From IMG/VR virus record IMGVR_UViG_3300025065_000001, positions 1 through 64,000 of that record: a stretch of 64,000 bases of DNA; one strand, 5' to 3'. Each line of letters starts with the position of its first letter. The first letter of the stretch is position 1. The notes under the pieces were generated by a model that worked only from the letters and a program-made list of their open reading frames with translations, had not been told where the DNA came from and made no database searches. The DNA is from a virus. This document shows, in pieces, positions 19,483 through 29,734 of this stretch. A program made the translations under genes and the position numbers.

Positions 19483-20169
19483 ATGTTAAGTGTCCCAAAT
19501 AACGAAATGTTAATGCTGACCGAGTTTCAAATAGGTGACTACACCTATTTGCCGGACTTTGGGACCGTAAGTGTCTCCCTCAAGGACCAAGAGGGCGTTG
19601 AGGTACATTCGGTGGATGTACCTTTTGATGCTGATTACAGCATCCCTCAAGATATCCTGAAAGTCAGCAGCAGTGATATCTTGAGCTTTTTTAAGTTGAC
19701 GGTTAAGTTCACTAGCGAAAATCGCCAACGTATTTATACGGATATTGTTCGGGTTCATATGGATTTTATGTTTACATCCACACCTTCGAATCTAAGAAGC
19801 CTTATCGGGCTATACGAAGAAGAACTTCCTGATAGTGATATTGATTTTATTTACTCGTTCAATGAGCTGGTAAATGAACTTGGCCAAGGCCTACTTGAAG
19901 ATACAAACGCTCGTATCAACAAGTTAATTTTGCTACATGAAGCTGTGCGCCACCTCCCTGCGTTAGGACTGAAAACTCTAAAGTCTAATGAAATTGACGA
20001 CACTAAGAAGTCTCGACTATCAAATATTGATATAAAAGCCGTGCAGGACTCTATTACCTCTCAGTATTGGGCTCACAAATTAACGTTTGAGTCCGTGGCT
20101 GAATTCCCTCAACCTCCACTACTTGAGTTTGTGAGCCGAACCGACCCATTCACAGGTGAGGACGCATGA
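19483..20169 (+). CDS. putative head-tail adaptor
   Basis: Synteny only. Confidence 0.5.
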   Translation: MLSVPNNEMLMLTEFQIGDYTYLPDFGTVSVSLKDQEGVEVHSVDVPFDADYSIPQDILKVSSSDILSFFKLTVKFTSENRQRIYTDIVRVHMDFMFTSTPSNLRSLIGLYEEELPDSDIDFIYSFNELVNELGQGLLEDTNARINKLILLHEAVRHLPALGLKTLKSNEIDDTKKSRLSNIDIKAVQDSITSQYWAHKLTFESVAEFPQPPLLEFVSRTDPFTGEDA

Positions 20170-20648
20170 ATATCTTCACCAGATATACTTCAGGGAATCT
20201 TAATTTGGTTGCACGTACTACGCAGCCGAATGAGAGTTTCAGAAGTCTGGTACCTGTTAGGTCCATGGTGCATATACCAAAGCGATTCAGGGTTAAAGCA
20301 GGGGACATTATTCGTAAGAATGAACACACAGCGTTCCTACTGGCCGAACACCATGCTTACGGCTTAAATAACGTTTTCCTTGGATTGGCTATTAACGCTG
20401 AGGTTGATGTTACCTATTCTATTCGCGTCCGCCATCCTGTAACTGGGTTGGAGACCAATGGCTTTAGTACTGAAAGTGAAACCCTTTCTTGTGTACAGGA
20501 AATTGAAACCCCCGCTGAGGTAAAAGGTCTTACGGTCTCACAGGAGGTCTTTTACTTTGGTTCTGAAATCCCCAGGGATGCCAAGATAAATGGCCGAACC
20601 GTAACTAAGGTTATGCCTGTTTCAGGAATTTACCGCGTAGAGGTGTAG
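20166..20648 (+). CDS. putative head closure/stopper protein
   Basis: Synteny only. Confidence 0.45.
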   Translation: MNIFTRYTSGNLNLVARTTQPNESFRSLVPVRSMVHIPKRFRVKAGDIIRKNEHTAFLLAEHHAYGLNNVFLGLAINAEVDVTYSIRVRHPVTGLETNGFSTESETLSCVQEIETPAEVKGLTVSQEVFYFGSEIPRDAKINGRTVTKVMPVSGIYRVEV

Positions 20649-20651
20649 GCC

Positions 20652-21560
20652 GTGTCGGTTACCGCTGATTTTCAAGCCCAGTTCGAAGCTCTAGTTACAG
20701 GTTTAACAGAAGGGGAAACCGCTTTTGTTCGAAGTGAAATAGAGTCGGCCACCGTTGCTTTTCTGAATAATGTTTTCACTTCGCTAGCTGCAATGATAAG
20801 CGCTATGTCGAAGGAGGCGGAGGTAATTGGTTACGCGCCGAATGCTTTTGGCTATGAGGGAACGAGTAAACGAATAACCTCACGATGGCAAATTCGCAAA
20901 AATATAGGCTTAGGTAAAAAGCCTTTAACTCAAGAGCCGATGTTGTTCAGGGGGCTCAGTGAGAAAAAAGGCAAGACTTCTCTAGTTCAGTTGCTAAGAC
21001 GATTAGGCAGCAATAATGATGTTGGTGCAAAGCTTTATACGGGACTTGGGGGGCTTTCGTTGTCTCCGGTTGCTACGGGTTCCTCAGCTTTAAAGCCTGG
21101 GCTCAAGTTTTCAAAATGGGCGGGTAAAGCTTATAACCCTAGAACCCGAGAATATGTGGCGTGGAAAGATGCCGTGATCCCTGCGGTAAATCATTACTTG
21201 AGACAAGGTGCGGTTAGAACCAATACAGGTGCAAGATTAGGTCCCAACTCTAGAGTATCGGTTGAAGGAAGACGAGGCCAGATATCGGTACAACGTGCCT
21301 TAGTTGAGGGGTTGGCCAGTGCCGGTATCAACGTGAGCTTCCTATCCAAACTCAACAGCTTTTTAGGTGCTAAATCGGACTTTGATGAACTGGCCGACAT
21401 ACTTGAAACGTTAGGCTTAATAGACCAAAAGGAGCGAAACAAGATAGGTCATTTGCATAAGTACAAGCACGCTATTTTGTTACCTTACTTTGGCGCCTTA
21501 CTTTCTAGCACAGGAAAAAATTCTTTAACCGCTTACCTACAACGAGAGGGTGTCCTTTAA
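20652..21560 (+). CDS. putative neck/tail completion protein
   Basis: Synteny; basic protein. Confidence 0.45.
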   Translation: MSVTADFQAQFEALVTGLTEGETAFVRSEIESATVAFLNNVFTSLAAMISAMSKEAEVIGYAPNAFGYEGTSKRITSRWQIRKNIGLGKKPLTQEPMLFRGLSEKKGKTSLVQLLRRLGSNNDVGAKLYTGLGGLSLSPVATGSSALKPGLKFSKWAGKAYNPRTREYVAWKDAVIPAVNHYLRQGAVRTNTGARLGPNSRVSVEGRRGQISVQRALVEGLASAGINVSFLSKLNSFLGAKSDFDELADILETLGLIDQKERNKIGHLHKYKHAILLPYFGALLSSTGKNSLTAYLQREGVL

Positions 21561-22019
21561 ATGGCCCAGTATATAAATATCCAAGCCTCTCTACTTCGGT
21601 TCTGTAGTGATAATGCAAAACTATTGCGTGCGCTTGTCGGAACTGAATTTAAGAGCCTCAACCTCGATGCCTTTTCCAATGAAGATGAGTTACCGGAAGG
21701 GGACTTTATTGGTATTGAGGATTTAGCCGTACAGTCGGCCACGGACGATATTCCGCTAGACACACTTTCTGCGGCAGTAACGATTAGTACGGTATCCGAC
21801 ACTAACAATATGCGACTAACAAAAGTCGTAGATCATATTTTTGAGTGTTTAAGGCCAACGAAAGCCTTTACGCTTTTTGATGAAACTACAGGGGCTAGAA
21901 GGGGAAATATTACGTGTATGAATATGACCCAAATTCTTCCTGTTCAGGACGGAAAAAACTCTCGGGTTATTCAGTCGATAATTTTTCAGGCCTCAGCTTT
22001 AGATGAATCGACAAAATGA
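21561..22019 (+). CDS. putative tail terminator
   Basis: Synteny, upstream of major tail protein. Confidence 0.5.
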   Translation: MAQYINIQASLLRFCSDNAKLLRALVGTEFKSLNLDAFSNEDELPEGDFIGIEDLAVQSATDDIPLDTLSAAVTISTVSDTNNMRLTKVVDHIFECLRPTKAFTLFDETTGARRGNITCMNMTQILPVQDGKNSRVIQSIIFQASALDESTK

Positions 22020-22327
22020 GTAAGTCCTAAGTCCTTCAAGCTGGCGCAAACAGCGATTTGAAAAGCTTGTTGACGGGTGTATAGTGTTCGTTGGCAGTAC
22101 TGATCAAGACGATTCAAAACTTTTTTGGGTAGTCTTAAGGTAAAGCTTTTTGATGATGCCGACTTAGGAACAACACGCATATCGATTGGACTTAAGTTAT
22201 TGTGTAAAAAGTGGTCTAATAAGACGCGCAACTTGTCCGCATCAGATTCACCCTCAATAGGTGCTCTGGCTGCGGTCTCAAAAATGTTCGTGGGTGTGAT
22301 GATTGAAATTGGTGTAAGTTTTGCCAT
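21986..22327 (-). CDS. ribbon-helix-helix (CopG/Arc-like) DNA-binding protein
   Basis: C-terminal SFTLRLPKKVLNRLDQYC..TRQQAFQIAV; GGAGG SD; antisense to structural operon. Confidence 0.6.
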   Translation of the reverse strand: MAKLTPISIITPTNIFETAARAPIEGESDADKLRVLLDHFLHNNLSPIDMRVVPKSASSKSFTLRLPKKVLNRLDQYCQRTLYTRQQAFQIAVCASLKDLGLTHFVDSSKAEA

Positions 22328-22382
22328 GTTTCATCCTCCTTCAGCAAGGTATCAATAATAACCTAAAATTTGGAGATTGACG

Positions 22383-23213
22383 ATGGCTGGTGAAGCTAAA
22401 ACAACTGATTTTATGTTGGGTACTGCCACTGTAATGATTGGTAACCCAGAAGACCTCTACAAACTAAACCCAGAACAACATTCTGTGGGCCTAGTTAAGA
22501 ATTTCACAATCGAAGCAACCAAGGAACGTTCTGACCTTACCCAAGGCCGAACTAACGATGTTGTTTTCACACTAACAACCGGTGCCACGACTCGAGGCAC
22601 ATTCGAAATGTATGAATACACCGAAAAGAACCTTGCTTACGCGTTAGGTCTAGACGGTGGGGAGTTGGTATCTCCTGAAGGTGATGCTCACGTAGTTAAG
22701 ACTTCTGCTTCTTTCTCAGCCGGTTCGGTTACTCTAGCTCTCAATGATGGTACAGGACAGGATATTGAGGTAGGTAGTTGGGTTAGTGTTCGCGACCCTA
22801 TTTCAGAAAATATTGTTTTAGGTACCGTAAAAACTACTTCAGGACTAACGGATGGTACAGCAGCAACCGCTACTATCGAAGTAGAAGTCCCTGACAGCAC
22901 TATGGCTTGGGAAGTTCCGGCTGGCGCATATGTATCCCTAGTAACGGTACTTGATGTGGGCTCAACGGATGTTGACCGAGACTTTGCCGCTAAGGTTCAA
23001 GGCCAGCTAGCTAACGGTAAGTGGATCACACTTCTTATTCCTAAGATGCGTGTTTCTTCAGGTCTTACTATGGCATTTGGTACCGACAACTTCGGTAATA
23101 CACCGTTTGAGTTTACGCCACTTAAAGTTACACCTTCCGATACTTACTATGCACCTTTCAAAGGTACCTCTGGTAAGTTAGTTCATGACTCAGTACAAAG
23201 CGCATTGTCGTAA
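22383..23213 (+). CDS. major tail (tube) protein
   Basis: Synteny before chaperones and tape measure; followed by terminator. Confidence 0.75.
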   Translation: MAGEAKTTDFMLGTATVMIGNPEDLYKLNPEQHSVGLVKNFTIEATKERSDLTQGRTNDVVFTLTTGATTRGTFEMYEYTEKNLAYALGLDGGELVSPEGDAHVVKTSASFSAGSVTLALNDGTGQDIEVGSWVSVRDPISENIVLGTVKTTSGLTDGTAATATIEVEVPDSTMAWEVPAGAYVSLVTVLDVGSTDVDRDFAAKVQGQLANGKWITLLIPKMRVSSGLTMAFGTDNFGNTPFEFTPLKVTPSDTYYAPFKGTSGKLVHDSVQSALS

Positions 23214-23239
23214 AAACCCTGGGTCTAAAAACTGTTTAG

Positions 23240-23263
23240 AAGGCCTCTTCGGAGGCCTTTTTT
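23240..23263 (+). terminator. intrinsic terminator
   Basis: AAGGCCTC-TTCG-GAGGCCTT-TTTT. Confidence 0.8.
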
Positions 23264-23276
23264 AAGGAAATTGACG

Positions 23277-23624
23277 ATGAGTGATAACCCTCCTGTAACC
23301 TTTACTATCAGCGTTAACGACGAAGATAAAGAAGTTTTCATGAGTTTTGCGCTACTCAATACCATCACAGGGTATTTTAGAACTGCGGATGAACTCGAAC
23401 AAATCTTACTAAATCCAGACGTTCGGGCGAGTGTCATTACTGAACTCCTATCTGAAAGAAATGAGACGGGCCGAATAACCCAGAATTTCGATATTAATAC
23501 AATGAAGGCAGACCCAGACCAAATACTGGACTTGCTGGAATGGGTATCGGAGCACGTTGAGACTTTTTTTATGAAGGCTCTACAAAGAGCCAAGCAACGA
23601 ATGAAGAAGAAGCAGACCACTTAG
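23277..23624 (+). CDS. tail assembly chaperone (gpG-like)
   Basis: Position; slippery T TTT TTT at 23564-23570. Confidence 0.75.
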   Translation: MSDNPPVTFTISVNDEDKEVFMSFALLNTITGYFRTADELEQILLNPDVRASVITELLSERNETGRITQNFDINTMKADPDQILDLLEWVSEHVETFFMKALQRAKQRMKKKQTT

Positions 23625-23935
23625 AAGTCTTCAATTCTTGGTACCTAAAACTGTCGTTTGAAGAGCAGTTGTGTTTTGTTTTCGAAACGGTACCCAGCCA
23701 GCTACAGAAGATATTTTGGTCACATAGTAACCAAGATATCAAAGTTAAAACCAAGCTAACACTTGGCTTAAAGACTGTCACAATGACCCAAGAGTATGTG
23801 ACGTTATTGAATGCCGCAGGGACTATCTTCGGTAAAAAAGAAAGTGGTTCAGGCAAGCCCAGACGTAAAACTACGAGCACGGTACCAAAAGATGAAATAG
23901 AAGCTGAGGCCCGAGCAAGAGCCGTTTTTGGGTAA
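23564..23935 (+). CDS. tail assembly chaperone -1 frameshift extension (gpGT-like)
   Basis: -1 frame opens right after TGA at 23558-23560 and stays open to 23935. Confidence 0.7.
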   Translation, partial: FFYEGSTKSQATNEEEADHLEVFNSWYLKLSFEEQLCFVFETVPSQLQKIFWSHSNQDIKVKTKLTLGLKTVTMTQEYVTLLNAAGTIFGKKESGSGKPRRKTTSTVPKDEIEAEARARAVFG

Positions 23936-23954
23936 CAATTAGGGGAAATTGACG

Positions 23955-26900
23955 ATGGCCGGCAGCACTGCATCCAATACAATTAGAAATACCTTACTTA
24001 ATTTTACCGTCGATCCTAAATCCAAAAAGGTAATCGAGGAACTAACTCGCGAGTTTGAAAAGCTAGAGCGGGTCACACAAGCCGCGAGTCAACAACTTCA
24101 AGCCAACATTAAGGCCATTAAGGACACCCCACAGGGGCGCTCTGAACTCGCCCAGAACGCTAAGAATGAAGTTAACACCCAACGCAAAATCTTAAGTGAG
24201 AACCAAAAGAATGCGCGTGCGTTACTAGATCAAATTGCCTTAACCCTTGGGAAGGGACTTAACCCTCAACAGCAACAGCAGTTAGTGAAAGGTTTGAATC
24301 AAGCCTTTGGGGAAATTACAGGTCGCTTCACTAAACAGGCGCAAGCGCAAGCCAAGAAACAAGCAAAGGACCTTGCTGATTATTACGATCTTCAATTTCG
24401 TAAAAACCCCACCGTCCCAAAAGGTAGCCAGCTCTATAAATCTAGAGTAAACGCGTTAAACGAAAGTGAATTGCGCACAGGTATTCAAAGGCAAAAGCTT
24501 TTACGTAGTGGAGCCCAAAGTGCGCTTAACGATGCTATTCGTCTGGGGGATGTTAGCCTTGAGAAGAAAGCTCAAAGTGCACTTAAGAAACTTGAATCGG
24601 GTTTAGTCGCTGCAGAAGCACGACTAAAGAAGTTTACCGAGGCTTCTAAAAAAGCAGAAGTAGCACAAGACACCCAAGCTAGAACCGTAAGACGAACCCT
24701 TAAATCCTACAATGATGATGAGTTTCGATTAAACCCTACCGTAGCTAAAGGGCAAAAGGTTAAAGCGTCTCAAATCTCTACGTTGAACAGAACTCAACTA
24801 GAGGACGCTATTGCTCGGAATAAAGTTTACGAGAATGCTGCCCGTAAAGCGTTGAAGTCCAGTCTGGCGCCGGAGACGAGAAATAAAACGCTAGAGAATA
24901 ACGCGGGTAAAGCGCTAAGAGAGCTTGAAGAATCAACCAAGCTTGCCAAAGCACGTTTAAAAGAATTCGCTGATGCTGCGGCCGAGGCCAAACGCGCTGA
25001 AAAAGCCGCACAGAAAGCCCAGCGACCTTCGACACAAGTGACCGAACAACAGCGTGTAGCTCGTCGTATTGAACAGATTAGACAATCTCAAACCAATCAG
25101 CGCTTAGATGGCGGAGCCCAGCTATTCAGAAACCAAGGGCAATTACTTCGTAACTACGCTGTGATGGGCGCCGGTGTTGGTGGCCTTGCAACGTCCGCGA
25201 CTTTCTCAACAGAGTTAGATAGACAGTTCAAACAACTACAATCCATTGTGAACCTCACCAATGAGGAAATGGAAGAGCTATCTAAAAACCTTATTGATGT
25301 TTCGGAGAAAACTAAGTTTACAGCCACGGACGTAGCGGATGCGGCCATAACGCTTGGTCAGGCTGGCTTAGGTCAAAATGATATCCAAAATGCGATAGAG
25401 GGCGTTACGCTCTTTGCTACAGCGGTAGGTTCGGACTTAAAAAGTGCCGTTGACCTAGCCACATCAACATTAGGGGTATTTAATAAAGACAGTTCGCAGA
25501 TGACCAACATCGTAGACAAAATGACTACGGCTGTGAACAGCTCCAAATTGAACCTAGATAAACTCGCCTTAGGTCTTCAGTACTCGGGTAACTTAGCGGC
25601 CCAGTCGAATGTGACTTTTGAAGAAACGGTCTCCGCACTTGGCGCAATGGCTAACTCGGGTATCCGAGCGGGTTCGACACTTGGTACCGGCCTTCGACAA
25701 ATTATTATATCCCTGCAGAAACCGTCAGAGTCTTTTACCGAGATTGTACACAACCTCGGGCTCTCAATGTCTGACCTAGATATTACGACTCACGGTTTAA
25801 TACCGGTAATGAAAACACTGGCCGAGAGTGGCTTTACTGTCCGTGATGCTATGGAAAGTATGGAAGTACGTGCAGCATCCGCATACGGAGCGTTTGCAAA
25901 CAACATTAGCGTAGCGGAAGACTTAAGCGAACAAATGCGTATTGGGGGTTCTGCGGCCCGTGCGAACGACACGCAGATGGAAGCCTTAGCTAACCAGCTA
26001 GACCGTTTAGGCTCTATCAGTAAATCGATTGTATATGAGTCAATGGAGCCACTACTAGACACTATTACCAAGCTTACTGAAAAGACCGCTGACTTTCTTT
26101 CAGTGGTAAGAGACCTCGGGCCAATTTTAAGCGCTTTAGCAGTACCAGCTTCCATACTAGGGGGCGTACTGGCCACAAGAAGCGTTCTTCGTCTGGGAGC
26201 GGGGTTACTTGGCGGCGTCGATATGCTAACCGGAGGAAAAGGTAAAGGTAGCACAATCTCTAGGCTTGCTAAGGTTGCCACTGGTAGAGGATTAGGTACG
26301 GCTGCGGGGTTCGCCGCTCGTGCAATACCTGGGGTTGGGCTTGCTACTGCCGTAGGTACCGCAGGGGTTTATGGGTACCAGTACCTCGATGGCCGAGCCC
26401 GAGCTAATGATCGTGTTGATAGTACGCAAGCGGCCTTAAACCGTGGTACCTCTGAAACTAAGGTTTATGAAGACCAGCTTAAGAAAGTTGGGTCGGCTAT
26501 CGATACGCTTATCTTAAAGCAAAATGACCTTACAAATAACGAGTCCCTTCAGCGCGAGATACGTCGTCTTAACGATGAGTTTCGTCAGCAAGGGTTGTAC
26601 ATCGATGATTCGATAGACAGCTACGACAAGCTTATTACCAAGATGAAGGAGTTTGAGGACGCTACTCGTGATGGGGTGGGGTACCTTCAAACCCAAAACC
26701 GAAATAACTTTGTTGATAACTCTGAGGCTAAATTAAATGAGCTGTTTTCAATCGGCTTTTTCGATTCATCTGAGCGCAGACTATTAGCCCAAGAGAAGGG
26801 AACGGATGTTAGCGTTGGTAGCGGTAAAACCGCGACCCAACGAGGCCGCTTTGCCAGCCGAGGAAATGTTTATAGAAGTCTGATAGATACCGCGCTGCCG

Positions 26901-29276
26901 AATTTCGGGGATGATCTTGCGAGTATCAACGAGCTTATCCGCAACATTAACCCCCAAGAGGCCGGTGCTTATGGTCGTGCACAAGAGGCACGCACGCAAA
27001 CACAAGCATTGCAAAGCCAGTTATTCAATATCCTAAACCAATCCCCGCAAGAACTAGATTCTCTCATGGCGCAATTTGGCTTATCGGGTGATGCACGGGA
27101 TAAAGCCGAAGAGTATATAAACAACCTTGCTCAAGAAATGCTTAACCGAGCGAACACGTTACTGGAAGTGGAGAACAACCAGAAACAATACGATTCGTTA
27201 GACCCGAGTATCAAAGAGGAAGAGCGAAAGATTGCCCAAGTGGTAATTAAAAACCGTCGCGAACTGTTGAATGATATCGCTGAGACCAGCGAGGAAATCA
27301 ATGCGTTAACAGAGAAAAACAAAGACTACGAGACCAGTGACTACTTAGGCACATTCAAGGACATAAACACACTGGTTCGTGATCAGATAAAAGCCTTGCT
27401 CGAAGATGAGAAAGAGGCCATTGCGGAATTGGAAGCGCAAGGGGTTTCTAACCCTAGACTTGTGCTTCAAGAGCAAGGTTATTACCAAGCTGCAGGGGAA
27501 GCGAGAGGTAAGCTTGAGCGCTCTCTACAATCGGCTGCGAAAGATGCAAGGCCGGATGCTAATTTATATTACCCCGCACGACTGGCTGAGTTAGATAAAG
27601 AGCTGGATGTACTGCGTGATCAACTTCGCCAAGTTACAGACCGAGAAACTTCAGATGAAATAAAAACTAAGCTCAAAGAGCTTAATCTCGAGCGAGAACG
27701 TGTGGCCAATGAGCAAGATACGCTTTTCGCGGCCATTGATGGTAACTCTCCTGTTTCTGTTGCCCAGCGAGACAGAGAGCTCAATGCTCGGGTTACCTTG
27801 GGCAACCAAGAATTCGATACGATACAAGCCAAGACTTTTGCCCGTAGTCGTTTAGAACGTTCCATTGGTCAACAACAAGACCTAGACGTCCGCGATTTTA
27901 AATTGCTTGGGGATGATGATGAGTTATCGCGCCTCTTAACGGATGTTATCGGAACCGAGCGCGGTGAGATAAACAATGCCTTGGCCAAAGCACGACAAGA
28001 AGCTGAAAAACTTCGAACCCAAGCGGAAGATACCCGCTATGAGGCCCAGCGCTATATTGATATCTCAAACAACGAAGGTTACACCGACGAAACCCGAGAG
28101 CGTGCTGCGGGTATTGCTAATGATATTGAGAGCCAAGCAGTACAACTTGAGAAAGAGGCTATCGCTTTAGAAGAACAAGCCGTTCGACAAGCGAAAGAAG
28201 CCTTAACTGAGTTTGCTAATTATCTGCAAGAAACCATTATTGATAACCCCGCGCTAACGGATGGCCGCTCAAAAGCTAAAACAAGGAAGTCAGTTGAAGA
28301 TCTTGAGACACAAAATATTGGGTTGGACGCTAATCTCGAAGACCTGTCACAAGCCTCTAAGGAAGCGGATAGAGGCCTACGTGAATTTAGAGACCAGATG
28401 GGAGACACGATACGCAAGATAAATCAGAGTATTTATGAAAGCGACCAATTCCGTAGAACCCAAGCCGCGATTTATGGCACTAAATATTCACCTCTAGGGG
28501 AGCAAGGTGTTGATGAAACCTACGGTGGGCAGGGAGGCAAAGGTGTAGCTTCTCAGTTCGCAAACGCTGGCTCTTATATCGTTGATGAAGTCAATAATAG
28601 TTACGAAAACTTTGACGTCTTGACCCAAATGACCTTAGAAGCTACGGACGCGGCCAAAGGTTTAGGGGATGCGTTTGGTGCAACGTTCGCGGATATTATA
28701 ACGGGTGCGGCGGAGGGAGAGGACGCCTTTAGAGCCTTAGGTGCGACTGTACTGACGGAAATGGCCAATATCGCGACCCGCGCTCTCGCCAACCAAATGA
28801 TCTCGTCAATATTCTCTGGTCTAGGCCTAATGGGTGGCGGCGGAGGTTTAGGTAGTTTATTCGGTGGAGCCGGAGCGATGTTTACCGGCGGCCCAGTAAT
28901 AGCCGGTAGCTATAAGACTGGGGGATTAATTACCAGTGGAATGTCTACTCGAGATTCAACCTACGCCAAAGTAAGCAGAGGGGAATTTGTATTACGTAAA
29001 GCTGCGGTAGATGCCCTGGGTTTAGAGACAGTTAAGGCTTTAAATTCTGCCGACCCCAGCAGCGTTTCAGATAAAGAAATGATGACAAGTAGCGCAGCCC
29101 AGTCTATGTCTACAACAAACAGTAAAGATTCAGGAACCGTAAACGTTTATGTAGTAAGCGAGAAACAGTTACCTCCGATGGGGCCAAATGACGTAAAAGC
29201 AGTAATTGGAGACGATATCGCCCGAGACGGTGAACTTGCTTCACTAATCGCATCTGTAGCAATGAGGACTAAGTAA
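23955..29276 (+). CDS. tail tape measure protein
   Basis: About 1773 aa, coiled coil, TP901-like TMP core (FTATDVADAAITLGQAG..GIRAGSTLGTGLR), C-terminal GEFVLRKAAV. Confidence 0.92.
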   Translation: MAGSTASNTIRNTLLNFTVDPKSKKVIEELTREFEKLERVTQAASQQLQANIKAIKDTPQGRSELAQNAKNEVNTQRKILSENQKNARALLDQIALTLGKGLNPQQQQQLVKGLNQAFGEITGRFTKQAQAQAKKQAKDLADYYDLQFRKNPTVPKGSQLYKSRVNALNESELRTGIQRQKLLRSGAQSALNDAIRLGDVSLEKKAQSALKKLESGLVAAEARLKKFTEASKKAEVAQDTQARTVRRTLKSYNDDEFRLNPTVAKGQKVKASQISTLNRTQLEDAIARNKVYENAARKALKSSLAPETRNKTLENNAGKALRELEESTKLAKARLKEFADAAAEAKRAEKAAQKAQRPSTQVTEQQRVARRIEQIRQSQTNQRLDGGAQLFRNQGQLLRNYAVMGAGVGGLATSATFSTELDRQFKQLQSIVNLTNEEMEELSKNLIDVSEKTKFTATDVADAAITLGQAGLGQNDIQNAIEGVTLFATAVGSDLKSAVDLATSTLGVFNKDSSQMTNIVDKMTTAVNSSKLNLDKLALGLQYSGNLAAQSNVTFEETVSALGAMANSGIRAGSTLGTGLRQIIISLQKPSESFTEIVHNLGLSMSDLDITTHGLIPVMKTLAESGFTVRDAMESMEVRAASAYGAFANNISVAEDLSEQMRIGGSAARANDTQMEALANQLDRLGSISKSIVYESMEPLLDTITKLTEKTADFLSVVRDLGPILSALAVPASILGGVLATRSVLRLGAGLLGGVDMLTGGKGKGSTISRLAKVATGRGLGTAAGFAARAIPGVGLATAVGTAGVYGYQYLDGRARANDRVDSTQAALNRGTSETKVYEDQLKKVGSAIDTLILKQNDLTNNESLQREIRRLNDEFRQQGLYIDDSIDSYDKLITKMKEFEDATRDGVGYLQTQNRNNFVDNSEAKLNELFSIGFFDSSERRLLAQEKGTDVSVGSGKTATQRGRFASRGNVYRSLIDTALPNFGDDLASINELIRNINPQEAGAYGRAQEARTQTQALQSQLFNILNQSPQELDSLMAQFGLSGDARDKAEEYINNLAQEMLNRANTLLEVENNQKQYDSLDPSIKEEERKIAQVVIKNRRELLNDIAETSEEINALTEKNKDYETSDYLGTFKDINTLVRDQIKALLEDEKEAIAELEAQGVSNPRLVLQEQGYYQAAGEARGKLERSLQSAAKDARPDANLYYPARLAELDKELDVLRDQLRQVTDRETSDEIKTKLKELNLERERVANEQDTLFAAIDGNSPVSVAQRDRELNARVTLGNQEFDTIQAKTFARSRLERSIGQQQDLDVRDFKLLGDDDELSRLLTDVIGTERGEINNALAKARQEAEKLRTQAEDTRYEAQRYIDISNNEGYTDETRERAAGIANDIESQAVQLEKEAIALEEQAVRQAKEALTEFANYLQETIIDNPALTDGRSKAKTRKSVEDLETQNIGLDANLEDLSQASKEADRGLREFRDQMGDTIRKINQSIYESDQFRRTQAAIYGTKYSPLGEQGVDETYGGQGGKGVASQFANAGSYIVDEVNNSYENFDVLTQMTLEATDAAKGLGDAFGATFADIITGAAEGEDAFRALGATVLTEMANIATRALANQMISSIFSGLGLMGGGGGLGSLFGGAGAMFTGGPVIAGSYKTGGLITSGMSTRDSTYAKVSRGEFVLRKAAVDALGLETVKALNSADPSSVSDKEMMTSSAAQSMSTTNSKDSGTVNVYVVSEKQLPPMGPNDVKAVIGDDIARDGELASLIASVAMRTK

Positions 29277-29662
29277 TGTCGTTGGAACAATTTAATTTTA
29301 TTTACCATAAGGTCTCTCACCGCTATAGGGACCGGTCAACTAAACTCTCATTAGGTAATCAATGGGATTATGTAACTAAACCTACAGCGCCCGTTAGTCG
29401 GATATTCACACTTAAATATTCAGTAATGAAATATTTTGAAAATCCCCAGCTTCTAGGGCCAAAGGAAAGACGTTATAGTGCAGATCATTTGGATGAGTTT
29501 TACCAACGTCACGAAACATGGAAAGAATTCCTTTTCCAACATCATAAGTTTGGTAATGTTGTTGTTCGATTTGACCAAGCGCTAGAGTTACCAGAAGGGA
29601 TTACTGGCGGAGACGGGGCGATAGAACCCTTTACGGTAGTGTTGCGTGAGGTAGCACTTTAA
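29276..29662 (+). CDS. minor tail/distal tail protein (lambda M-like)
   Basis: Directly after TMP, 128 aa. Confidence 0.6.
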   Translation: MSLEQFNFIYHKVSHRYRDRSTKLSLGNQWDYVTKPTAPVSRIFTLKYSVMKYFENPQLLGPKERRYSADHLDEFYQRHETWKEFLFQHHKFGNVVVRFDQALELPEGITGGDGAIEPFTVVLREVAL

Positions 29663-29699
29663 TTAATAAAATATTTATTAATTAATTTAAACAATATTA

Positions 29700-29728
29700 T
29701 TGACAATAAAATTGTGTGTCCGTAATAT
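29700..29728 (+). promoter_or_regulatory. sigma70 promoter of candidate sRNA
   Basis: TTGACA (29700-29705), 17 bp, TAATAT (29723-29728), AT-rich UP-like region upstream. Confidence 0.8.
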
Positions 29729-29734
29729 TGACCT

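Noticed and set aside
19990-20001. Internal GAAATTGACG matches (also ~39885)
   Set aside because: Inside coding sequence as EID codons with no nearby start; compatible with chance
24808-28792. Short antisense ORFs within the tape measure and other long genes
   Set aside because: Shadow ORFs of the coding strand with no SD or recognisable motifs
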